A stretch of 64,000 bases of DNA from assembly GCA_964644695.1 (NCBI GenBank), contig CAZXWN010000001.1:244869-308868 (forward strand). Direction: 5' to 3'. Source of the DNA: an uncultured bacterium. GTDB lineage: Bacteria > UBP4 > UBA4092. This document shows, piece after piece, positions 1-8,426 of this stretch; position 1 is the first letter of the stretch; every line of letters begins with the position of its first letter. The notes beneath the pieces were generated by a model. The model saw nothing but the letters and a program-made list of their open reading frames with translations. It ran no database searches and had not been told where the DNA came from. Both the position numbers and the translations under genes were made by a program.

Positions 1-98
1 TTATTAGTGGTGAGAAGCCTTTAAGTGAGTTGCCTTTTTTATTTGATGAAATGGCCAATCGTTTAAATCAGTCTATTAAGATGGCAATTATTCCCTGA
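1..98 (+). CDS. 3' end of a gene entering the window, possibly a zinc-binding (MDR) dehydrogenase
   Basis: Open frame 3..98 reads ISGEKPLSELPFLFDEMANRLNQSIKMAIIP*; the KxxIxP ending resembles MDR dehydrogenase C-termini. Only 31 codons are visible. Confidence 0.4.
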   Translation, partial: ISGEKPLSELPFLFDEMANRLNQSIKMAIIP

Positions 99-129
99 TG
101 AACCCTCCGAAATCAGCTAGAATTATTCC

Positions 130-1029
130 ATGAAAATACCAGCAACTTTAATGAAAGATTATTCTCTTTTTTTTACGGGAAAGGAGAATACTCTTACACA
201 GGCTGAACGTTATTGCCAATATTTGGCAACTCACCATTATGAGAATTTTACAGTAGTTTCCTGGTTCTTACCCAAAGATAAGCGTCAGGACTTTTATAAC
301 ATCTATTCCTATTGCCGCTGGGCTGATGATCTTGGTGATGAAACTGGATCTGTTCAGCAATCCATTGACCTTTTAAGCTGGTGGGAAGATGAACTGATAT
401 CGTGTTATGCAGGAAAACCCAATCATCCAGTTTTTCAAGCACTCTATAAAACAATAGAAAAGTATGACATACCAATTCTCCCTTTTAAAAACCTAATTAA
501 AGCCTTCCTGCAGGATCAAACCGTAAATCGATACAAAACAATGGATGAACTTAAAGATTATTGCTGTCATTCAGCCAATCCAGTTGGACACCTCGTTTTA
601 TATCTTTGTGGATATCGTGATGAGAAGAGACAGTTATTATCCGATAAAACATGTACTGCTTTGCAGCTGGCTAATTTTTGGCAGGACATTACTGTTGATT
701 TGATGAAGGGTAGGATTTATCTGCCTTTAGATGATATTAAAATGTTTGGTTATAGTGAGGAAATGTTAAAAAACAAGATTTTTAATAATCAGTTCAAAAA
801 CCTTATGGAATATGAGGTTAATCTCACGCGGCAGATGTTTTATGATGGTCAGGAATTGTTTGAATTAATAGAAAAACCTCTGAGATTAGATATTGAATTA
901 TTCAACCAGGGCGGTTTGCTTATACTGGATGCAATCGAAAAAAACAATTATGATGTTTTGTGCAGAAGACCTTCTTTAACAAAAGTAACAAAATTAAGAC
1001 TAATGTTTCAAAGGATAATAGGGTTATAA
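130..1029 (+). CDS. hpnC: Squalene synthase HpnC (hydroxysqualene synthase)
   Basis: HYENF, RWADDLGDE, YCCHSANPVG and LQLANFWQD motifs; first of an hpnC-hpnD-hpnE trio. Confidence 0.9.
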   Translation: MKIPATLMKDYSLFFTGKENTLTQAERYCQYLATHHYENFTVVSWFLPKDKRQDFYNIYSYCRWADDLGDETGSVQQSIDLLSWWEDELISCYAGKPNHPVFQALYKTIEKYDIPILPFKNLIKAFLQDQTVNRYKTMDELKDYCCHSANPVGHLVLYLCGYRDEKRQLLSDKTCTALQLANFWQDITVDLMKGRIYLPLDDIKMFGYSEEMLKNKIFNNQFKNLMEYEVNLTRQMFYDGQELFELIEKPLRLDIELFNQGGLLILDAIEKNNYDVLCRRPSLTKVTKLRLMFQRIIGL

Positions 1030-1032
1030 AGA

Positions 1033-1893
1033 ATGGCTATTTCACTGGATGACTCATATCGTTATTGTGAACAAATAACCCGACATGCCGCCAAAAATTT
1101 CTACTATTCATTTCTTTTACTTCCCAGGGAAAAGAGACTATCTCTGTATGCAATTTATGCTTTCATGAGATATTGTGATGATGCCGTTGATGAGCCTGTA
1201 GAATATAAAGAACAAACATCTTCTGTCGCTATGTGTCGTGAGCAACTGGATATGGCTCTTAATAAAACGGTTCCTGACCACCCGCTTTTCCCAGCATTTA
1301 TTGATTCGATTGATAAATATAATATTCCTTCAAAGTATTTATATGAAGTCTTGGAGGGAATGGAAATGGACTTGGTCAAAAAAAGATATGAAACATTTGA
1401 GGAGTTAAAAAAATACTGTTACCATGCTGCTTCAGCTGTGGGCCTGGTAACTTTACAGGTTTTTGGTTATTCGGAACAATATAAGGTTTATCCTCTTGCT
1501 GTAGATTGTGGTATCGCCTTACAAATGACAAATATCATTAGGGATCTAAAGGAAGATGCAAATCGTGACAGAATATATTTTCCTCAATGTGACTGGAATC
1601 AATATGGTCTTTCTGAAGATGATTTTAAAACAAACAAGTCTTCACCGTTAATGACAAGTTATTTATCATCTGTTGTTCAACAAACAGAGCAATTTTACCA
1701 GTCAGCTTACAAACTAATTCCCTATATTGATAAAGACTCTCGATGTGCATTAAGTGCCATGATAGATATTTATCATCATATTCTCCTAAAGATTAAAGAT
1801 CATAATTACGATGTCTTTTCTCGAAGGATAAGTTTGCCACCTCTCCAGAAAATTGGTATTGGACTGAAATCTGTATTAAGAGAGAAAATATGA
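1033..1893 (+). CDS. hpnD: Presqualene diphosphate synthase HpnD (phytoene/squalene synthase family)
   Basis: AKNFYYSF, RYCDDAVD, GMEMDL, LQMTNIIRDLKED and RIY motifs. Confidence 0.88.
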   Translation: MAISLDDSYRYCEQITRHAAKNFYYSFLLLPREKRLSLYAIYAFMRYCDDAVDEPVEYKEQTSSVAMCREQLDMALNKTVPDHPLFPAFIDSIDKYNIPSKYLYEVLEGMEMDLVKKRYETFEELKKYCYHAASAVGLVTLQVFGYSEQYKVYPLAVDCGIALQMTNIIRDLKEDANRDRIYFPQCDWNQYGLSEDDFKTNKSSPLMTSYLSSVVQQTEQFYQSAYKLIPYIDKDSRCALSAMIDIYHHILLKIKDHNYDVFSRRISLPPLQKIGIGLKSVLREKI

Positions 1894-3206
1894 CTCGTGT
1901 TTTAGTTGTGGGGGGGGGCATTTCTGGAATAACAGCGGCCTTAAAATCTGCACAGGCAGGTTATGATGTGACACTTATAGAGAGTCGCCCTTATTTGGGC
2001 GGCAGAGCCTATTCGTATTGGGACTCTTCTCAAGAAGAATGGATCGATAATTGTCAACATATCATAATGGGATGTTGTAGGGAGATTACGGAACTTCTTA
2101 AAGAGTTAGATGTATATGAGAAAATTAAATGGTACGATAAATACCGTTTTTTATATGATTCAAAACAGATAAGTGAATTAACTTCTTCGATATTACCTGC
2201 ACCTTTTCATCTGATTCCATCATTTTTTAATAATCAGTATTATGGCACAAAGGATAAAATTCGACTTTGTCGATCCATCGCAAAGTTATGGTTAACTGAA
2301 ACAGTATTTATTGAACCCGAAGAGATTATCAGTGCGGAGGCGTGGCTCTTAAAAGCAGGACAATCTGAATGTCTTATGAATGGGTTTTGGCATCCACTGA
2401 TTGTGAGTGCTTTTAATACTCCCGCTAATGAAGTGCCTTGGACCGCTCTAAAGCAATCTATAGAGTTGGCCTTTTTAGGAAATAAAGATGGATATCGACT
2501 TGGTGTTTTTACCAATTCCCTCAACGAAATATTTCACCAAGCAGCAATGAGGAAATTAACTGAGCATAATGTCCATGTTTTGTTGAACACATCTATAAAT
2601 ACTGTTCATTGGGATGAGCTTGCTAAAGTTCGGGGGCTTATAAGCAAAAATCAAGAGATGTTTTATTCGGACGTTTATATTTCATGTCTACCCAATATGA
2701 GAAGCGCTGTCTTGTTTAATTCTCATAAGCAGAGATGTTTTAAACCTTCACCGATCATGTCACTTCATTTATGGGTCAAAGACGAAATTACTCAAGAAGA
2801 TTATCTCTGTTTGCCGGGACGGAAAATACATTGGATGTTTAATAAAAATAAGCAATATGATAGGTCGTTGAAAACAAATCAATATCTGACCTTTGTGATA
2901 AGCGCTGCATATGATTTAATGGATAAAACAAATCTTGAGATTCAGAAATTATTATTACCTGAGATTTTAGAAATATTTCCAAAGTTGGAAAATACTCAAA
3001 TTGAAGCCGTGAGAATTTTGAGAGAACCTGGCGCTACATTTAGATTTAACATCTCTTTCAGTCAAAAAAGACCCTATACCTATATGGGAGGAAATGTTCT
3101 TTTTTCTGGAGATTATACTGACACAGATTGGCCGGGTACTATGGAGGGTTCTGTCATCAGTGGTATAAATGCAGTTGAGATACTTAAGTCTTTATGGAAG
3201 CCTTAA
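1890..3206 (+). CDS. hpnE: Hydroxysqualene dehydroxylase HpnE (FAD-dependent)
   Basis: GGGISG FAD motif, LGGRAYS, DNCQH, GDYTDTDWPGTMEGSVISG; overlaps hpnD by 4 nt. Confidence 0.88.
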   Translation: MTRVLVVGGGISGITAALKSAQAGYDVTLIESRPYLGGRAYSYWDSSQEEWIDNCQHIIMGCCREITELLKELDVYEKIKWYDKYRFLYDSKQISELTSSILPAPFHLIPSFFNNQYYGTKDKIRLCRSIAKLWLTETVFIEPEEIISAEAWLLKAGQSECLMNGFWHPLIVSAFNTPANEVPWTALKQSIELAFLGNKDGYRLGVFTNSLNEIFHQAAMRKLTEHNVHVLLNTSINTVHWDELAKVRGLISKNQEMFYSDVYISCLPNMRSAVLFNSHKQRCFKPSPIMSLHLWVKDEITQEDYLCLPGRKIHWMFNKNKQYDRSLKTNQYLTFVISAAYDLMDKTNLEIQKLLLPEILEIFPKLENTQIEAVRILREPGATFRFNISFSQKRPYTYMGGNVLFSGDYTDTDWPGTMEGSVISGINAVEILKSLWKP

Positions 3207-3264
3207 TTGGAGCCAGAGCTTTTATTTGATGTGGTAAAATAGGAAACATTGAGGTAATTTCAAA

Positions 3265-3936
3265 ATGTTAAAAACAACCCGTCTTTTCATTATTTTTTTT
3301 CTGGTCGGACTCGTATTTGCAGCTGTTCCTACTGGTCAAGTTATCGAGGGTATCAAAAAGAAATTTGATAATACTAAGGACTTTCAAGCAACTATTGTTC
3401 AAACAAATGTTGATAGTTTTGGTGCGAAGACTGTTTATAAAGGTGATATTGTTTTTGTTCAACCTAATGTCGTTCGCTTGGCGTATTATGAAAAATTCCC
3501 CCAAAAACCTTCACAGGTTGCAGTGACTGATGGAAAATATCTCTGGATTTATACTGTGGAATTAAAACAAATAACAAAACAAAAGGTTGATAGTCGCAAT
3601 TTACCATTACCATTGATGATTTTAGGTGGTGCAGCACAGATTGATGAAAAGTTTAGGGATAAAAATTATATTCGCCCGATTGAGCGCGTGTCTCTAAATG
3701 GTAAAAAGGCATTAAACATAACCATTAAGCCAAAGAATAAGAACATGGATTATAAACAGCAAACATTATGGGTTGAATCGAGTACTTATCTTCCAATAAA
3801 AGCTGAATATAAAGATTTGTCTGGAAATGTATCTACCGTGACTTTTAATAATGTTAAGGTTGATAGTGGAGTTGATATTAAATCAATATCACTCGAAAAG
3901 AAAACTGGTGTAAAATTAATCGATCTTACAAAATAA
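3265..3936 (+). CDS. lolA: Outer-membrane lipoprotein carrier LolA family protein
   Basis: Signal peptide, FQATIVQT, QPNVVRLAY, VTDGKYLWIY; upstream of rimO-pgsA as is common. Confidence 0.75.
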   Translation: MLKTTRLFIIFFLVGLVFAAVPTGQVIEGIKKKFDNTKDFQATIVQTNVDSFGAKTVYKGDIVFVQPNVVRLAYYEKFPQKPSQVAVTDGKYLWIYTVELKQITKQKVDSRNLPLPLMILGGAAQIDEKFRDKNYIRPIERVSLNGKKALNITIKPKNKNMDYKQQTLWVESSTYLPIKAEYKDLSGNVSTVTFNNVKVDSGVDIKSISLEKKTGVKLIDLTK

Positions 3937-3939
3937 CCT

Positions 3940-5298
3940 ATGCTTTCATTAAATAGCTCATCTCAGGGGAAATTCAGTCTGGTCAGTCTTGGGTGTCCTA
4001 AAAACCTGGTTGACAGTGAACAAACAATCGCATTACTCGAAAATGCTGGTTATATTTTTACTCAGAATTTGGCTGACTCTTCAATAATATTGATAAATAC
4101 GTGTGGGTTCATTGATTCTTCAAAGAGAGAGTCTGTCGATACAATACTTGAAATTGCCCAATATAAGAAAAAAGGGAAATGTAAAAAAATTGTTGTAATG
4201 GGTTGTCTTGTACAGTTGTACAAGGAAAAGTTACTGAAAGAAATGCCTGAGATTGACGCTGTCATTGGAGTGTCAGATTATCATAGTATTGTCCGAATTG
4301 TTAATGAATTGAAAACTACAAAACACTATATTCAGGTTAGTTCTCCCGACTCTTTCTCCCAAAGTTCTATCCCGAGACATCTTTGTACATTGCCTCATAT
4401 TGCCTACGTCAAAATATCTGAGGGTTGTGATCACCTTTGTTCTTATTGCATAATACCCCAAATCAGAGGCAAGCAACAAAGTCGTTCAATTGATGATATT
4501 CTTGATGAAGTGAACAGTCTTGTTAAACAGGGAGTGAGGGAAATTATTCTCATTGGGCAGGATTTAACTGATTATGGCAGAGATATTTATGGTAATCGTT
4601 GTTTGTCAGAACTCCTTTACAAGCTTAATGAAGTGAAAAAGCTAAGCTGGATTCGACTTTTATATGCATATCCGAATTTAATTACTGACAAGCTAATATC
4701 TGCTATCAGGGATTGTGAAAAGGTTGTTAAATATATAGATATGCCTTTGCAGCATATTTCTAACTCAATTCTAAATTCAATGAATAGGCCGATTTCTAAA
4801 CAAAAAATAGTAAACCTAGTCGAAAAGCTTCGGAATGAAATCCCCAACATTATAATTCGAACCACCTTTATCGTTGGGTATCCTGGTGAAACTCAAGGTG
4901 AATTTAATGAGTTGAAGAGCTTTGTATTGAATAATAAGCTGGAACATGTAGGAGTGTTTACCTTTAGTCGAGAAAAAGGTACATCCTCTTATTTAATGAA
5001 ACCTCAAATAAGAAAGTCAGTAAAAGATATTAGGTATAATGAGTTAATGGAAATACAACAAAATATTGTGAAAATGCATAACATGAACCTGCTGGGGAAA
5101 ACCGTAGATGTAATTATTGATTGGATAGATGATGATGGGATAGCTGACAGTATTGGCAGAACCTATGGGCAGGCTCCAGATATTGATGGGATTACATATA
5201 TTGTCTCTTTGAAACCTAAAAAAGCAAAACCTGGTCAGATTGTAAAAGCAGTCATTCAGGATTATGATGGATATGATTTGTATGCGAAAGCTCTTTAA
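3940..5298 (+). CDS. rimO: Ribosomal protein S12 methylthiotransferase RimO
   Basis: SLGCPKNLVDSE, NTCGFI, radical SAM motif CDHLCSYC, APDIDG in the TRAM domain. Confidence 0.93.
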   Translation: MLSLNSSSQGKFSLVSLGCPKNLVDSEQTIALLENAGYIFTQNLADSSIILINTCGFIDSSKRESVDTILEIAQYKKKGKCKKIVVMGCLVQLYKEKLLKEMPEIDAVIGVSDYHSIVRIVNELKTTKHYIQVSSPDSFSQSSIPRHLCTLPHIAYVKISEGCDHLCSYCIIPQIRGKQQSRSIDDILDEVNSLVKQGVREIILIGQDLTDYGRDIYGNRCLSELLYKLNEVKKLSWIRLLYAYPNLITDKLISAIRDCEKVVKYIDMPLQHISNSILNSMNRPISKQKIVNLVEKLRNEIPNIIIRTTFIVGYPGETQGEFNELKSFVLNNKLEHVGVFTFSREKGTSSYLMKPQIRKSVKDIRYNELMEIQQNIVKMHNMNLLGKTVDVIIDWIDDDGIADSIGRTYGQAPDIDGITYIVSLKPKKAKPGQIVKAVIQDYDGYDLYAKAL

Positions 5299-5318
5299 AT
5301 ACGGAGATAGTACTGAAA

Positions 5319-5933
5319 ATGAATCTTCCAAATAAATTAACTCTCAGCAGAGTGATTGCGATTCCATTTGTTATGGCTGGATTACTTGTAGAATTTGAAA
5401 ATCCAAGTCTAAATATAACTGCTAAGTATTTTGCTTTAATTGTTTTTGTGATTGCAACAATTACCGATCTCTATGACGGGAAAATTGCCAGAAAACTGAA
5501 AATCGTCACACCTTTTGGGAGCTTTTTTGATCCTATTGCAGATAAATTATTAGTGAGTTCCGTCATGATTTGCTTTGTGGAAATGAGAATATTACCTGCT
5601 TGGATCGTTTCATTGATTATTTTTCGTGAATTTCTTATATCAGGATTACGTATTATTGGTGTAAGAGCGGGTGTCGATATTCCGGCCGGGAGTTTGGGTA
5701 AGCAAAAAACTGTTTCTCAAATGGTATTAATTATTACTATTTTAGTATATCTAGCTGCTCAATCTAGCCATGGACAATATTTTAAAAGTTTATTTATTTC
5801 TGGGCTATCACTCGATATGATTATTAATAATATCCTGATGTTCTTGATGATATGGACAATATTCGCAACCGTAATATCTGGGTATATGTATGTAAAAGAT
5901 CATTGGTATCTGATTATTGATGGAGCAAAATAG
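5319..5933 (+). CDS. pgsA: CDP-diacylglycerol--glycerol-3-phosphate 3-phosphatidyltransferase
   Basis: MNLPNKLTLSR; DLYDGKIAR...FGSFFDPIADK CDP-alcohol phosphotransferase motif. Confidence 0.93.
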   Translation: MNLPNKLTLSRVIAIPFVMAGLLVEFENPSLNITAKYFALIVFVIATITDLYDGKIARKLKIVTPFGSFFDPIADKLLVSSVMICFVEMRILPAWIVSLIIFREFLISGLRIIGVRAGVDIPAGSLGKQKTVSQMVLIITILVYLAAQSSHGQYFKSLFISGLSLDMIINNILMFLMIWTIFATVISGYMYVKDHWYLIIDGAK

Positions 5934-5936
5934 ACA

Positions 5937-6413
5937 GTGAAATTTAGGACAATAGTAAATCAAATTGGGTTTTACTCCTCAATAGGATTTGGTGTTGGTT
6001 ATATTCCTGTTGCATCAGGTACTTTTGGCTCATTACTAGCGTTTCCTATTCTATTCTTTATCAGTAAGTTAGCCCAATATGACTATTATTTATTAACAAC
6101 GATAATTCTGGGCACTTTTTACGGAATATGGTCTTCTAAAGTTGGTGAGATTAAATTAGCGACAAAAGATCCTCACCCAGTTGTAATTGATGAAGTATGT
6201 GGCATGATGATCTCTATGCTTTTTTTGCCGTTTACGTTAAAATACGCAATAGTTTGTTTTGTTATATTCAGGGTAATGGATGTGTTTAAGCCATGGCCTT
6301 GTTGGCGGTTACAAGATTTATCTGGTGGTTGGGGCATTATGTTGGACGATGTTGTTGCTGGAATTTATACATGTGCCCTAGTGCATATTTTAATTTGGAC
6401 TTCATTACTATAA
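5937..6413 (+). CDS. pgpA: Phosphatidylglycerophosphatase A
   Basis: GTFGS, DPHPVVIDEVCG, FRVMDVFKPWP, GIMLDDVVAG. Confidence 0.92.
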   Translation: MKFRTIVNQIGFYSSIGFGVGYIPVASGTFGSLLAFPILFFISKLAQYDYYLLTTIILGTFYGIWSSKVGEIKLATKDPHPVVIDEVCGMMISMLFLPFTLKYAIVCFVIFRVMDVFKPWPCWRLQDLSGGWGIMLDDVVAGIYTCALVHILIWTSLL

Positions 6414-6435
6414 TCAAATGAAGGAGAGTCTCCTC

Positions 6436-8370
6436 ATGAAATGTAAATCATTTTTTTGGAATCTATTACTAGTTTCTTTTGCAAGTTTATTTTTGACTGT
6501 ATCACTTTTTGCCGATGTGGTTTATCTTAAAAATGGTCGCAAGGTAACTGGTGAAATATTTGCAGAGTCTGATACTCAGATATCTGTTAAAACAGCGACA
6601 GGACGAGTTATTATTCGAAAAGCTGATGTTGATCGCATTTCGAAAGAGGAAGCTGAGATTAATTATCTTCGAAACGGAGATTATCTCATTTTGCGCGGAG
6701 AATATGACTTGGCAGTTGAGGCATACGAAGCTGCTTTACGGTTAGAGCCAAATAACCAAGAAATAATTAATAAATTAGAAGATGCTCGCAGAAAAGTAAT
6801 AGATAAACGTTCAGTTCAAATGGCCCCAGAATTTGCAAAGGGTGACGATTTCATGAATCGTGGTTATTATGAATCAGCCTTTAATGCTTATATGGCAATT
6901 CCAAAAGCAAAAGATGGTAATGCCTCTTATGTGGAAGAGGCTGGGAAAAAAATTAAGGTATTGCAGCAGGTTATGTTATCACGTGCTCAGGATTATTTAA
7001 GTCAACAAGACTATAATAAAGCTTTCCAGATATACAGTATTGGCACAACAGTGTTAACCGGTGAATTGTTTACTGAAATGGAAGTTGCTTTTAACGAAGC
7101 TCAAAAGGAATTTTTTAAAAAAGCCGATGAATCTAGAGATTCGGGATTGTTGGCAAAAGCCGCTTCTGATTATCGGCAGTTATATCTAACATATACTGGG
7201 GAATTTGTTCGTAAAGCTGTTGATGCTCGTTTATATGGTATTGGAGTTCCATTAACATATAATGATGACTCCACTCAGCTTGGTAAATATGTTACTAGAA
7301 TTTTAATTTCAGTGCCACAGACCTCTGTTGCACCATGGACAATTTATCAGCCAGGTAATGTGAAAAACTTATCACTGTTTTTGGAAAATACTTTTAGACC
7401 AGATGGGCAGGATGAAGCTGGTTTAACAAATGTTGACTTAACTGTCAGTCGAGTAAGTGTGAATATCGAAGAGTTTAATGGAACTAAAGTAAATGCTGAG
7501 TTGACAGATGCAGTGGGGAAAAAAGCCCCCGGACTGATGTCATTAAATGGTAAATTTGAACGTCCTGTTGATATGGGTAAGATTTTAGTTACATCTGTTG
7601 TAGATGGAACTAGTGCTTCAAACAATGCATTGGCTGGGATATTAGGTTTCTTATCCAGGTTTCCTTTTCTCAAAGAAGGTGAAATTAAGTTAAATGATGA
7701 GTGGAAAGAACCACTTAATGAGAGAAGAAGCGTAGGACCTCTTGAACTGAACACAATTGGAACTATGAAATATAAAGTTGTTGGATTCGAATCCTATATG
7801 GATATTGATTGTATAAAATTGGAAATGGAAGCTAATATTTACAACACTCTTCAGGGTACTATTGCTATTAATGAAGGGCAGCAGAAGAATATACGAATTA
7901 ATTATGAGACACCTTTAAAAGGTTATGCTTATATTGATCACACTAATCGGATTTTAACCCGATATAGTCTTAATGGTGATTTAAAATACAAAGGATCAAG
8001 TCAGATTATCCAAACAGTAAGTGATCAGAATGCTGGACAGGCTAATCCACAAAATATGGATGGCGCAATGATGATGCCAGGGATGGACCCGGCTATGATG
8101 GACCCAGCAATGATGATGAGACCGGGAATGGGTATGCAAGTACCTGGACAGCCAGTCCAAGGGCAGGATGGAACCCCACAGCAGATTGTAAATCCCGCTG
8201 TAAGCATAGCTGAAACAACAATTAAAATATCCATTGAACAAAGTTTCTTGGGATCAGAAAAGTATGAAATTCCTGTTTCTGAACAACCTGTTGAAAATAA
8301 TGAGGTGAGTACAACAGAAAAAACAGCGACAGATCAATCTAAAACCGAAGAGAATAAATTAGATAACTAA
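6436..8370 (+). CDS. Secreted TPR-containing hypothetical protein with a Met/Pro/Gly/Gln-rich insert
   Basis: AAGGAG RBS before ATG at 6436; signal peptide, DVVYLKNG motif, TPR-like helices (YEAALRLEPNN), low-complexity MMMPGMDPAMMDPAMMM. Confidence 0.65.
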   Translation: MKCKSFFWNLLLVSFASLFLTVSLFADVVYLKNGRKVTGEIFAESDTQISVKTATGRVIIRKADVDRISKEEAEINYLRNGDYLILRGEYDLAVEAYEAALRLEPNNQEIINKLEDARRKVIDKRSVQMAPEFAKGDDFMNRGYYESAFNAYMAIPKAKDGNASYVEEAGKKIKVLQQVMLSRAQDYLSQQDYNKAFQIYSIGTTVLTGELFTEMEVAFNEAQKEFFKKADESRDSGLLAKAASDYRQLYLTYTGEFVRKAVDARLYGIGVPLTYNDDSTQLGKYVTRILISVPQTSVAPWTIYQPGNVKNLSLFLENTFRPDGQDEAGLTNVDLTVSRVSVNIEEFNGTKVNAELTDAVGKKAPGLMSLNGKFERPVDMGKILVTSVVDGTSASNNALAGILGFLSRFPFLKEGEIKLNDEWKEPLNERRSVGPLELNTIGTMKYKVVGFESYMDIDCIKLEMEANIYNTLQGTIAINEGQQKNIRINYETPLKGYAYIDHTNRILTRYSLNGDLKYKGSSQIIQTVSDQNAGQANPQNMDGAMMMPGMDPAMMDPAMMMRPGMGMQVPGQPVQGQDGTPQQIVNPAVSIAETTIKISIEQSFLGSEKYEIPVSEQPVENNEVSTTEKTATDQSKTEENKLDN

Positions 8371-8396
8371 CAGTTAAATATTATTGTATTTGATTT

Positions 8397-8426
8397 AAAC
8401 AGCTTTTTCGTGAGGAAAAGCTGTTT
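8397..8426. terminator. Bidirectional intrinsic terminator between convergent genes
   Basis: Stem AAACAGCTTTT / AAAAGCTGTTT between stops at 8370 and 8426. Confidence 0.7.
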
